A stretch of DNA of 64,000 nt from an uncultured Nitrososphaeraceae archaeon (GCA_963837175.1 CAWIMJ010000046.1:64001-128000), one strand, 5' to 3'. Positions 47,334 to 58,331 are shown, counted from the stretch's first letter. The notes: generated by a model from the sequence alone, not told the origin. A program made the numbers and translations.

Positions 47334-47731
47334 ACAAATAACAAGAGAATTGTTGTCAAATAGCGGAGCATAATTTTTTATCTAGTGCTCCATTCTCCTA
47401 AACATACATTTTATAGTAGATCATCATTATATAATGTTATATAATAATTATAATTCTAGAGAATATTCTAATAAAGTAAGATAGAATTAACATAAATTAC
47501 TCAATTAATATATAATATCTTATTTTTAGCCTACTTGATGGTAGTGTGTCCAGAGATTAGTTAAAAATGGAAATGCAGAAAATTTGGTTAATGGAAAATA
47601 TACTTCTAATTAGGAGATTTTTATAGGGCTTCTATATAGCACATATAGAAATTTTCTATAATAAAATTTAGGATTATAATTCATATTATGAATATACAAT
47701 CGTTAAAAGCCATTCCAGTATTTTATAGTCA

Positions 47732-47986
47732 ATGCGTAAAAGAATAGTATCTACGACAATAGTCTTAACGTTGTGTTTTGGGCTCATTTTAGGAACTATA
47801 GGTTCTGCAGGATCAGTAGTGGCACAAGAATATCAAACAACCACAGCAGTTAATCAAACAGATGGAAGTAATATTACAAGTAATGGTGGCACGACTTCTG
47901 GTAATGCTACTACAGCCGAACAGTTCGAGAATATAACCCATGGAGGTGGGCCTGGTGCTGGTGCAACAAATCAATCTGAAAGATAA
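47732..47986 (+). CDS. Small secreted low-complexity protein
   Basis: Signal peptide ending VVA-Q; Thr/Gly/Asn-rich with several NxT sequons. Confidence 0.7.
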   Translation: MRKRIVSTTIVLTLCFGLILGTIGSAGSVVAQEYQTTTAVNQTDGSNITSNGGTTSGNATTAEQFENITHGGGPGAGATNQSER

Positions 47987-48496
47987 AGATAAAAGACAAT
48001 CAGAAATTCCTTGTTGCTAAGAAAAAGACAACAGAAAAAAATTTTTTCAAAATTCTTTTTTAACTATATAGTTTTATATATCAATTGTTTAACTTGGAAA
48101 TTATTCAAAATCATAACATTGTCTTTTCTTTATTTTCTTTGTAGTAGTCATTTAACTACCCACTATACATTAGTTAACAAATACAACAGAGTATCAAATT
48201 CATGATACACATCATTATTATTATAGCCAGTGCCAACGATCAGCGCAAGTATACAATAAGTGATTCAACATGTTCAATCTGCAGTTCCTGCTAATGATTA
48301 TCTAATATATCAAACTATTTTTCTTAAAATTGCTACTTGATTCTAAATAAGTCAATGATTATAATAATAGAAGTTTATAGTCTATTCAATATATTATTAC
48401 TATCTTTCAAATATATCCGCACAGGAAAAAGTGTTATTTTACTATAATTGATGGGTCACAATTGATTTATTTTATAAAAAAAAGGAGGATTCCTTT

Positions 48497-50017
48497 CTAT
48501 TCAGTTACATATGCTCTTTCGCCGTGTTGTGCCAGATCCAGTCCAATTTCTTCTTCTTTTGGTGAAACTCTGATTCCACCTGGCCACACCTTATCCATGA
48601 TCTTGATAATTAGTGCGGTGATACCCATTGCCCATGCTAAAGCTGCAAATGCCCCGACAGCGTTTTCATAGAGTTGTGCGGGGTTTCCAAAAACAAGGCC
48701 GTTGTCTCCCCATGGCGTAAATCTTTTTTCAGCAAATAGTCCGGTAGATAATGCTCCTGCAAGTCCGCCAATACCATGTACACCCCATGTATCTAGTGCA
48801 TCATCCCATTTGCGTTTGTTCTTGAACATTACTGCCGCATAGCAAACAAGCGAAGCTATTATACCAATGATAAGTGCAGACATTGGCGATACAAATCCAG
48901 AGGCAGGCGTAATGGCTACTAGGCCAGCTACAGCACCAGATGCTGCACCCACAGTAGATGGTCTTCCTGTATGAGCCCATGATATTAATGCCCAAGTTAC
49001 TGCTGCCGTACCAGTTGCTATTTGGGTTGCAACAAATGCACTTGTTGCATTTGTGGCGGCTGCTGCAGCGGACCCAGCATTGAATCCAAACCAACCAGTC
49101 CATAGGCAGCGCTGCTCCTAAGACTACCATACCTATATTGTGGGGTTCCATCGGTATCTTTCCATATCCTAGTCTACGCCCAAGCATCAGAGCAATTACT
49201 AATCCAGACCAGCCTGAAGTAATATGAATTACAGTTCCTCCCGCAAAGTCAAGTGATCCTAAGACAACCAGTCCAACCAAACCCACAATAACCAGGATTT
49301 GCACCATAATTATCTGGTGCAAGTTCCCATGTCCAGTGAGCAGCAAAGTCATAGACAAATGTTGCCCAGAGAACTATAAAAACTATAAATGCACTAAATT
49401 TCATTCGTTCTGCCAATGCTGCCACAATCAGAGCTGGTGTAATTATTGCGAACATCATCTGAAATATCATATAAGTCTGATGTGGAATTGTAGTGTCCCA
49501 CAATCGCACATAAATTATTCGGTCCTATGCCCCCGTATGCAATTGATGGAACATCATGAAGAACGTTATTCAAACCTGCCCAATCAAGTGTGCCTATAAA
49601 TCCATATCCCCCTGCGTCTGGTCCAAACGCCAATGAGTATCCGAATAATGCCCATTGCATTGCAATTACTCCTGTCGTTATGAATACCATATGTAGTGTG
49701 TTTACTGCATTCTTTTGTCTTGCTAAACCACCATAAAAGATAGCCAAGCCAGCAGGAGTCATCATTAACACAAGTGCTGAAGATGTCAGCATCCAAGCAT
49801 TGTCTCCATGATCTATCGGACAGGGAATTAGATTTCCTTCAGCAGTCTTATTATAACTCCCATCCTTGTTTTTCTCAAAGCACTGATATTTCACAGCAGG
49901 ATCGTCTTCTGTATAGGCTAATGCGTTGCCTAACAAATTTACTGAAAACAATCCTGTCAATCCAACACCAACAAGAATCAATAGAATTAATCTTGATCCT
50001 ATCCCCTTTGGTATCAT
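48497..50017 (-). CDS. amt: Ammonium transporter (three +1 frameshifts)
   Basis: [59 protein letters not shown]. Confidence 0.95.
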
Positions 50018-51001
50018 TATCTGCAGATTCAGTATAGAACTATAAATAATATTATTAGTTTCTTATTATTTACAATGTGATAATAAATATTAGAAAATAC
50101 TAAAAAAGTATTTTTTATAATTGGTGGATGATAATTATTCTTATTTATAAAATTTAGTATATTATTTTTTCTTTTGCTTTTTAAGTTTAATTATATTATT
50201 TATTAGTGTTTTAATAAACTTGTTTATATCATTAAAACCTAGAATAATTTTATGAAACAAAATAAGTTAATACAATGGTTCAAGTTTTCATTAACAGTTT
50301 GGTCGTCATCTTCATTAATTCATATTTATGACTTAAAAAATAAGCGCCTTTCTAAGCAAGCAATACATAGAGAATTATCCTTCTTAAATCATTAATATTT
50401 TAATAAATAGTAACCAACAACACTACTAGATGGAGTCTTTCCACACCTCGTTGTAAAAGCTTCAATACCTTTAAGAAAATGCACACCATTACATTTTTCA
50501 ATGGGTAACACATGCCTAATTCCAAATGACTTTTTTGTGATGACAAGAAATATCTTGACTGCAAATGACAGTTATCCAAAGAAAAGTAGTACCATCTTAT
50601 GATTTACTAAAATATGAATTCGGTAACTAAGCATTAGAAGAATTTGAATAAAGAGTATTACTTTCTATAAAATTTTAAATGTATATGAGTTTTCGTTGAA
50701 CGAACAGCTTTTCTTTCATCTTGTAAATACAGCCTGAATTACTAGGATCTATATATATGGTGTTTTAGCATATGTTGATGGCATATTAACCAATTCTTTC
50801 CGACATAACTTGAAATAGCCGAGGTAAGATTATTTTTAATGATAGAATAAAAAGATTGAACGCTAGTTGATATCAATAAAACGGTATTGTTTGTATGAGC
50901 TCATTCTCATCAATGGGATTAGATATTGTATGAAAGTAAACTATATTTTGTGTTTAGGTAGATTTTTATGGATGCTATAAGAACAAATCCATTGAATTAG
51001 A

Positions 51002-51665
51002 TTGACGTCCTCTCCATCTGTCAATATTCTTGAGAGAGCAGATGAAAAAATTGTGATTAAATTTAATAATGTTCCAAGACAGTATGTAAATGCTATTAGA
51101 AGAATTTCGATAAGCGAAGTACCTACTTTAGCTATAGATGATGTTGTAATTTTAGAGAATTCATCGGTTATGCACGATGAAGCAATTGCACATAGACTAG
51201 GTCTTGTCCCATTACAAACAAATCTATCAAGATTTGTAATGCCTCATGAATGCGATTGTAAGAGTACATTGGGCTGCTCAAAGTGCAGGGTATTATTAGT
51301 GTTAGATTCAGAGGCAAATGAAAAAACCAAAGTTGTCACGTCTGGAGAGCTCGTGTCTGAAGACGAGCATATAAAGCCAGTTAGCAAAGATATTCCAATT
51401 ATCACTCTTGCTCCAGGTCAGAAACTGAAATTTGAGGCTTATGCCCGACTAGGAATTGGAAGAGATCATGCAAAATGGCAGCCAACTTCAGGCAGCAATT
51501 GTTAAAGATGGAAAGGATGGGAACGAATCTATCCTTGTTATTGAGACTAACAAAGCATTAACAGCAGAAGAAACACTGATGGCAGCTATTGACAAAATAA
51601 ATTCTAAAATTAAGAACTTCAACCATATAATCCAACATCTTGAAATACCTAAGAATTCCTCCTAG
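51002..51665 (+). CDS. rpoD: RNA polymerase subunit D/Rpo3 (+1 frameshift at ~51491)
   Basis: NAIRR..ISEVPTLAID, DEAIAHRLGLVP, DHAKWQP. Confidence 0.95.
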
Positions 51666-51715
51666 GTACATTTATTTGGGGATTCAAGATAAATGACGGA
51701 GACGAAGAATAAATT

Positions 51716-52066
51716 ATGCTTGTTAACACTTTAATGGATAATACGATCTGGACTCTTCGTAGAGCTTTCAAAAAGAGTAAAGCTCAAATTTGGAGGGCTC
51801 TTGAATACGAGCTTTCAAGTCGAAGATCAAATAGAAGAGAAGTTAATGTCGGTCGATTGTCAGATATTACCAAAGATGATGAAGTAGTTATTATTCCTGG
51901 TAAGGTATTAGGTTCTGGTGTGATAGATCATAAATTAACAATTTGTACCTTTTCAATCTCGGAAGGAGCGGCAAAAAAGATATTAGAATCTGGGGGAAAT
52001 ATTATAACACTTGATAGCTTGATAGATAAATATCCTGATGGTAATGGAGTGCGCATAATTGGCTAA
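51716..52066 (+). CDS. rpl18e: 50S ribosomal protein L18e
   Basis: REVNVGRL, IPGKVLGSG; gene order after rpoD. Confidence 0.95.
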   Translation: MLVNTLMDNTIWTLRRAFKKSKAQIWRALEYELSSRRSNRREVNVGRLSDITKDDEVVIIPGKVLGSGVIDHKLTICTFSISEGAAKKILESGGNIITLDSLIDKYPDGNGVRIIG

Positions 52067-52565
52067 TAAAGAAGAATTGCTAAAAAGATCATCTTCACAG
52101 GCAGTACAGAACAAACAAATAGTAGTTGACGTAGCTAATTGCATCTCTGGTAGAATTTGCTCTCATGTTTCAAAACTATTGCTTCAGGGAAATAGAGTCG
52201 CAATTGTAAATGCTGAAAAAGCTATGCTATCTGGAAAGAGATACAAAACAATCGAGCTCTACAAAGAACACCTTGAAATTAACTCAGTCACAAATCCAAT
52301 TCATGGCCCTTTCCATCCTAGAAGACCTGATACAATACTAACGAAAATGGTAAGGGGTATGATACCAAAACGCAAGAGTAGTGGCATAGAAGCTTTTAAA
52401 CGATTAAGAGTATACATAGGCATTCCTGAATACTTAAAGAATACAGAGATGGAATATTACGACGACTCAAAGATTACAAAACCATCATCCTATTATATTA
52501 CAGTTGGCGAAGTAGCAAAAGAAATTGGATGGTCTGGCATAGGAGTAGAGCCAATAGATGAATAA
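52059..52565 (+). CDS. rpl13: 50S ribosomal protein L13
   Basis: VNAEKA, GPFHPRRPD, VRGMIP, RLRVYIG. Confidence 0.95.
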   Translation: MANKEELLKRSSSQAVQNKQIVVDVANCISGRICSHVSKLLLQGNRVAIVNAEKAMLSGKRYKTIELYKEHLEINSVTNPIHGPFHPRRPDTILTKMVRGMIPKRKSSGIEAFKRLRVYIGIPEYLKNTEMEYYDDSKITKPSSYYITVGEVAKEIGWSGIGVEPIDE

Positions 52566-53001
52566 AATAGATCTTTATCCAGGTCAAAGAAAAACATGTC
52601 GAGCTGTAGCCACAATTTCTAAAGGAAGAGGCAAAGTCAGAATCAATAACATACCTGTGGAACTTTTACAACCAACAGTAGCTAAGGAATTAGTGATAAC
52701 ACCTCTCCTCCTAATAGGAGAATTGAGAAATAAGATTGATATAAATGTCAATGTAGAAGGAGGAGGATTCATGGGGCAGGCTTTTGCAAGTGCTGTTGCT
52801 ATTTCTAAAGCTCTAACTGGCGAAGGAAAAGGAGGAAGAGATCCAAAAGATCATCCGTTAGCAAAAAATGTACGTGAAGAAATTAGGAGAAAAATTACTG
52901 AATTTGATAGACACTTTCTTGCAGGTGATCCAAGACAGAGCGAATCCAAGAAGTTTGGAGGGCCTGGAGCTAGACGGAGAAAGCAGAAATCGTACCGTTA
53001 A
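52558..53001 (+). CDS. rps9: 30S ribosomal protein S9
   Basis: GGGFMGQA, KKFGGPGARRRKQKSYR. Confidence 0.97.
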   Translation: MNKIDLYPGQRKTCRAVATISKGRGKVRINNIPVELLQPTVAKELVITPLLLIGELRNKIDINVNVEGGGFMGQAFASAVAISKALTGEGKGGRDPKDHPLAKNVREEIRRKITEFDRHFLAGDPRQSESKKFGGPGARRRKQKSYR

Positions 53002-53109
53002 TTCTGCTTTTCTATTTTATTTATTATCTATATTGATAACAATGCAAAATTAATTCATCCATTACCCCTTACGCTTATTTCTCTACTTCTAACAACAAAT
53101 ATAGTCTAT

Positions 53110-53161
53110 AATAATGAATAATAATGATAATAATAAAATAATAATAATAATAATAATAATA
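53110..53161. repeat. (AAT)n microsatellite
   Basis: Imperfect AAT tandem run in the intergenic spacer. Confidence 0.8.
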
Positions 53162-53356
53162 TCTATGAAATATGATAATATTCGAAATTATGTCTTATCA
53201 GGTGGCTTGGTGAGATCATAGAATTTAGGATGTTTCGTATATGATATATTTTGTTGAATGGAACGAATAGTCTTCATGAAATCTTTAGGTCATAAATTAG
53301 AATAGTTATCGATTGACATGCATATATAAGTGCAAGGCAATTTAATTTACAGACTA

Positions 53357-54046
53357 ATGACAGATACCAAGTTAACTGTTGTTCGACTAACCATGGATGG
53401 CGATAAATTTGAAATTTTAGTAAAACCCGATCCCGCTCTAGAATACAAACTGGGTAGAAGAACGGACCTTTCCAGCGTCCTTATTGCTGATGAGATATAT
53501 TCAGATGCAAATAAAGGTTCAAGGGCAGCCAGTGAAAAGTTGACAAAACATTTCAAAACAGCAGATCCTACAGAAATTGCTAAACAAATCCTTTCTCGGG
53601 GTGAACTTAGTTTGACAACCGATCAGCGTCGAAAAATAGTAGAAGACAAGAAGAAGCAAATTATTCAGTATATTAATAAAAGTTTTGTAGATCCTAAGAC
53701 ACATATTCCACATCCAATTTTGAGAATCGAAAGTGCAATGGATGAGGTAAGAGTTATTATTGATCCATTCAAGAGAGCCGAAGATCAGGCTAAGACTGTA
53801 GTTGATGCGCTTCGGAAGATTTTGCCCCTAAAATCGGAAATTTTGCGATTAACGGTAACAGTTCCACCAGAATTTTCTGCACAATCCTACAATGTATTTA
53901 AAACTATTGGGAATTTTAAGGGAGAGCATTGGCTGGAGAATGGTTCTTTAAGAGTCACATTAGAAATAAATGCAGGAATGAAGGGCACCTTCCTAGATAG
54001 AATAGGATCTATAACAAAGGGTTCTGCTCAGGTATTAGAAGAATAG
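53357..54046 (+). CDS. Ribosome maturation factor SBDS/Sdo1
   Basis: FEILVKP, LTTDQRR, DPKTHIPHP; precedes exosome genes. Confidence 0.93.
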   Translation: MTDTKLTVVRLTMDGDKFEILVKPDPALEYKLGRRTDLSSVLIADEIYSDANKGSRAASEKLTKHFKTADPTEIAKQILSRGELSLTTDQRRKIVEDKKKQIIQYINKSFVDPKTHIPHPILRIESAMDEVRVIIDPFKRAEDQAKTVVDALRKILPLKSEILRLTVTVPPEFSAQSYNVFKTIGNFKGEHWLENGSLRVTLEINAGMKGTFLDRIGSITKGSAQVLEE

Positions 54047-54156
54047 ATAATTTCGATACTTAAAATATAAGTATGTTCTCACTGACCCAAAAGGTAGAAA
54101 AACGATGAAAAGAATCATTTCGTATATTGAGGCGTTTACATTGGAGGTTATTTATT

Positions 54157-54978
54157 ATGGGCATGCAAGAAATTAAAAGAAAGTTTGTTGTTCCAGGTGA
54201 CAGGATCACTGAAGGAAATGTCAGGCCCTCAATGAACGTAATTAAAATAGGCAATTCTATTATTGCTACTCGAATCGGGATTGCAGAAGCAGGAAGAGAT
54301 GGCATTAAGGTTATACCACTATCTGGTGTTTACATTCCTCGAGTAAATGATATAGTAATAGGCAAGATTACCGATCACTCTTCACTTTCTTGGGAAGTAG
54401 ACATTAACTCTTGCTTTTCTGGCCATTTACCCGCACAGGATGTTTTTGGAAGAGACTTTTCTCCAGCTAGGGATGATATGGGCAGACAGTTGGCAATAGG
54501 AGATTTAATCACAGCAAGAATTATTGTATTTGATAGGACAAGAGATCCTATGTTAACTATCCAAGACAAGGATCTAGGAAAGATCCCTCGTGGAGAATTC
54601 TTAAAAATTTCTGCAACACGTGTTCCGCGTCTAATTGGAAAGCGTGGTTCTATGATACAAACAATCGAACAGGCCACACAAACAAGAGTTTTAATTGGTC
54701 AAAATGGAATTGTAGTCGTTACGGGTAGAAATCCAGAAGGAATAAAACTAGCCGTCAGAGCTATTAGAATGGTTGAAGAAGAAGCTCATACATCAAACCT
54801 TACACAAAGAGTCAAAGTTTTGTTGAATGTGCCTGATACTGCTCCTCCACAGCCAACAGAAGGGGGAGCGTCAGTAACTCAGATTGAAAAAGGTCAGAAG
54901 GTGGAGGAGATCCAGTCAACTATTCAAGAAGTAGAAGAAGAGATAAAAGAAGAAGTAGAAAAAGGTGAAAAATTATAA
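54157..54978 (+). CDS. rrp4: Exosome RNA-binding subunit Rrp4
   Basis: VVPGD, S1 domain, VPRLIGKRGSMI KH, IGQNG. Confidence 0.95.
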   Translation: MGMQEIKRKFVVPGDRITEGNVRPSMNVIKIGNSIIATRIGIAEAGRDGIKVIPLSGVYIPRVNDIVIGKITDHSSLSWEVDINSCFSGHLPAQDVFGRDFSPARDDMGRQLAIGDLITARIIVFDRTRDPMLTIQDKDLGKIPRGEFLKISATRVPRLIGKRGSMIQTIEQATQTRVLIGQNGIVVVTGRNPEGIKLAVRAIRMVEEEAHTSNLTQRVKVLLNVPDTAPPQPTEGGASVTQIEKGQKVEEIQSTIQEVEEEIKEEVEKGEKL

Positions 54979-55718
54979 TGACCCAAACAAGAAATTTAAT
55001 TGATGAAAATGGAAGACGAACTGATGGCCGCACTGCCGATGAACTACGGGAAATCAAGATAACTGTAGGTGTAGTTAAAAATGCAGACGGTTCGGCTTTC
55101 ATAGAATTTGGTAAGAATAAAATCGTCGCAGCGGTTTATGGTCCAAGAGAAGTACATCCAAAACATATGGCACTTCCAGACCGCTGTGTTCTACGATGCA
55201 GATATCATATGTCTCCATTCTCTACTGATACTCGCAAGAACCCTGCTCCATCAAGAAGAGAAATTGAAATTTCCAAGGTAATGAGAGAAGCATTAGAACC
55301 AGCATTGATGTTGGAAGATTATCCACGAGCTGCAATAGATGTATTTGTTGAGGTTTTACAAGCAGATGGCGGTTCAAGATGTGCCGGTATTACGGCCGCA
55401 TCTATCGCGTTAGCTGATGCAGGTATCAATATGCGTGACATTGTAGCATCATGTGCTGCAGGTAAAGTTGACGAGAAAATTGTTCTTGATATTAATGATA
55501 CCGAAGACAAAGAAGGCGGAGCGGATATGCCAGTTGCATATATGCCACATCTTGAACAAGTAACACTTTTACAACTTGACGGCATATTAAGCCATGAACA
55601 GTTTGACGAATGTGTAGATAAGGCAATAAAGGGTTGCGAGATAGTTTATGAAATCCAGAGGCAGGCATTAATGCAAAAATACTTTGGTAATGAAACGGAG
55701 TTGAAAGAAGAACAATGA
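54978..55718 (+). CDS. rrp41: Exosome catalytic subunit Rrp41
   Basis: RTDGR, VYGPREVHP, YPRAAID, ADGGSR. Confidence 0.96.
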   Translation: MTQTRNLIDENGRRTDGRTADELREIKITVGVVKNADGSAFIEFGKNKIVAAVYGPREVHPKHMALPDRCVLRCRYHMSPFSTDTRKNPAPSRREIEISKVMREALEPALMLEDYPRAAIDVFVEVLQADGGSRCAGITAASIALADAGINMRDIVASCAAGKVDEKIVLDINDTEDKEGGADMPVAYMPHLEQVTLLQLDGILSHEQFDECVDKAIKGCEIVYEIQRQALMQKYFGNETELKEEQ

Positions 55719-56540
55719 GCTCATCAAAACGTTCAACAATAATAGTAGAACATTTACGAAGACAGCAAATGTGGGATGCAATTTCAAAGGGAAAAAGACT
55801 TGATGGAAGGAATTTAGATGATTTAAGGCCGCTCGAGATTGAATTAGATATTATTAAGAAAGCGAACGGCTCTGCAAAGGTAAAATTAGGTAATTCAGAA
55901 GTAATTGCAGGGGTAAAAATTGAGACAGGAGAGCCATTTGAAGGACTTGAAAACAAAGGTGCATTAATCCTGTCTGCAGAAGTACTCCCTACAGCATCGC
56001 CTTATATTGAACCCGGTCCTCCAGATGAAGAGACCATTGAACTTGCAAGAGTGGTAGATAGAGGTATAAGGGAGTCGGAAATGATAGATCTAGATAAATT
56101 GGTTTTAGTTCCTGGCAAAATAGTTTATACGATATTTGTTGATTGCAGCATCATCAATGCAGATGGTAATCTGTTTGATGCTACGTCCTATGCAGCAGTT
56201 TCGGCATTGGCTAGTAGTAAAGTTCCTATCTTCGAAATGCAAGATGACAAAGTAGTTCATAGTGGCAATAATCAAGACCCACCAATCACTACAATACCGA
56301 TATCAATCACAGCAATACGAATTGGGGAAGCAGTAATTTTAGATCCCACATCTGAAGAAGAAGCATGTATGAATGCAAGAATCACCATAACAACAAATTC
56401 CAATGGGGACTATACTGCCATACAGAAAGGATCGACAGGTGCTTTTACTATTGAACAGATAAAGAAAGGCAGCAGAGACAGCAAGAAATAAAGGAGAGGA
56501 AGTACGAGCCAAATTAAAGGAGTTGACTAAAGATGGTTAA
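55715..56540 (+). CDS. rrp42: Exosome subunit Rrp42 (+1 frameshift at ~56468)
   Basis: RLDGR, EPGPPDE, ARVVDRGIRES, DGNLFDA; corrected frame ends at TAA 56540, overlapping L37ae. Confidence 0.94.
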
Positions 56541-56772
56541 GAGAAAGAAACAAGCTCATGTTGCGCTCAAAGGTTTAGGCATAAAATTTGGAGCTACTGT
56601 ACGTAAAAGATACGGAATGGCATACAATACATTGAAGCAAAAGCGACGATGCCCATCTTGTGGTTCACTGCGATTCAATAGGATTGCAGCTGGTATATGG
56701 TGTTGTCAAAAATGCCGTTATAAAGTTGCAGGTGGAGCATATGACATCAACACCGAAAAACTACAAATCTAA
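56533..56772 (+). CDS. rpl37ae: 50S ribosomal protein L37ae
   Basis: KFGATVRKR, CPSCG, GIWCCQKC, VAGGAY. Confidence 0.95.
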   Translation: MVKRKKQAHVALKGLGIKFGATVRKRYGMAYNTLKQKRRCPSCGSLRFNRIAAGIWCCQKCRYKVAGGAYDINTEKLQI

Positions 56773-57013
56773 TATGAAAATTTCTTTTAAGAATAAGTCA
56801 GTAACCACACAAAGTCGTATTGCAAAATGTATTTGTGCTGCACTCAAACCCGATACAAAGCTTTCATCTAATTCAAGTGAAAAAATAAAAATTTCATCGG
56901 ATGCTTCTAATGTATTTATAGAAATTGAGGCAGATAATATTTCAAGCCTCCGTGCTAGTATCAATTCATATTTAAGACTTATTAATACCTCTTACAAATG
57001 CATAACAAATTAG
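56741..57013 (+). CDS. pcc1: KEOPS subunit Pcc1
   Basis: ALKPD, IEADNISSLRASINSYLRLI; conserved gene position. Confidence 0.85.
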   Translation: MTSTPKNYKSNMKISFKNKSVTTQSRIAKCICAALKPDTKLSSNSSEKIKISSDASNVFIEIEADNISSLRASINSYLRLINTSYKCITN

Positions 57014-57062
57014 CGGTATGATTTTATGCTGGTTACTTGCATCTAAGAATAATTGAATTATT

Positions 57063-57470
57063 ATGAGTGAACAAGAACTTCCACCTTGGCTTAGGGAGCA
57101 AGTATCACGTTTACAACAACTTCAACAGAATTTACAAGCAATAATGATGCAAAAACAGCAAATAGAACTAGAGATTGTTGAAACCGATAGAGCTTTAGAA
57201 GAGCTGAAGAAAATAGGAATAGATGATGCAGTATACAAAAGTGCGGGTCCCTTGCTGATAAAGGCAAATAAAGAAGACGTTTTAAAGGAACTTGAAGAAA
57301 AAAAAGAGCTGTCAAACACAAGAGTAACAGTTCTTGCAAAACAAGAGACCAGGGTAAAAGATAATCTAAAAGAAGCGGAAAATAAAATTAATCAAATGAT
57401 TCGAAGTGCACAAGGTAGCGATAGTAGTAGTAGTAATAGTGGTCCTATAGCAGGTTCAAAACCAAAATAA
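57063..57470 (+). CDS. pfdB: Prefoldin beta subunit
   Basis: LPP..REQ, coiled coil, VYKSAGPLLIK. Confidence 0.93.
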   Translation: MSEQELPPWLREQVSRLQQLQQNLQAIMMQKQQIELEIVETDRALEELKKIGIDDAVYKSAGPLLIKANKEDVLKELEEKKELSNTRVTVLAKQETRVKDNLKEAENKINQMIRSAQGSDSSSSNSGPIAGSKPK

Positions 57471-57605
57471 GAATAACTAAATGTAGAAATTTAGACAAGA
57501 AAGCTCAGAGAGGAGATATAGATCATTATTTCTATAATGAGAGAGGGATAATGATGAGATGATAATAAAGTTAGATACATTAATGACAGCTGATTAAATT
57601 AAGAT

Positions 57606-58331
57606 GTGTCTGTTAGAATTGTAGTTGACGAAAGGGAAAGAAACAGTAGAATTCCTAATCTTTTACGTCAAGCAGGCGCAGTTATAGATTTTGCATATTT
57701 GAAAGTTGGCGATTATATTGTCTCGTCAGACACTGCAATAGAAAGAAAAACCATTCACGATCTAATCAGCTCTATTTATGATGGAAGATTATTTGTGCAA
57801 TGCTCAGAACTTGCTCAATACTATTCCAAACCTGTAGTGATTATTGAAGGAAATATCATAGAATTACTTGAAGTTCCTATAGTAATCGATGATGACAAAT
57901 TAAAAATACTAGTAGAAAGAATTCCCTTAGCATATGATGCAATAGCTAAAGTAACGCTAGACTTCAGAATCCCGATTATACATACACCTTCTGCTCATTA
58001 TACATCGCAGTTACTAATTACTATGGTAAATAAATCATTACAAGAACGAAAAAATACTGGTCCTCTATTAAAGAGGATAAAAAAGGGGAACCCGCTATAT
58101 GCACAACAGTTATCAATTCTCTCTTCTCTACCTGGAATAGGAGACAAGCTAGCAGTAAGAATGCTTAGAAAATTTCAGACACCCCAGCATGCACTAAATG
58201 CGTCTGTTGCAGATCTTGCAAGGATTCCAGGTTTTGGAACTGCAAGAGCAGAAAAAGTACGAAAAATTCTGGACAATCCCCATAATGAAAAGAGTGAAAT
58301 AACGCAAAGAACTCTTTTAGATGATTTATAA
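57606..58331 (+). CDS. xpf: XPF/ERCC4 structure-specific endonuclease (short form)
   Basis: VDERE, GDY, IERKT, tandem HhH, C-terminal PIP-like QRTLLD. Confidence 0.9.
   Translation: MSVRIVVDERERNSRIPNLLRQAGAVIDFAYLKVGDYIVSSDTAIERKTIHDLISSIYDGRLFVQCSELAQYYSKPVVIIEGNIIELLEVPIVIDDDKLKILVERIPLAYDAIAKVTLDFRIPIIHTPSAHYTSQLLITMVNKSLQERKNTGPLLKRIKKGNPLYAQQLSILSSLPGIGDKLAVRMLRKFQTPQHALNASVADLARIPGFGTARAEKVRKILDNPHNEKSEITQRTLLDDL

Noticed and set aside
47426-47470. AT-only palindromes such as ATTATATAA-TG-TTATATAAT as a dif site
   Set aside because: Expected by chance in very AT-rich DNA, and the spacer does not fit Xer sites.
45359-56473. Programmed ribosomal frameshifting as the cause of the split genes
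   Set aside because: No slippery heptamers. The extra base varies in identity and position, and the motif appears as either GCAGC or GCTGC on the coding strand, which fits a palindromic DNA-level signal.
5558-56540. Calling hel308, psmB, thyX, amt, rpoD, rrp42, Lsm and BMP pseudogenes
   Set aside because: Several are essential, the proteins are otherwise intact, and each break is a single extra base, mostly at one shared motif, pointing to sequencing error.
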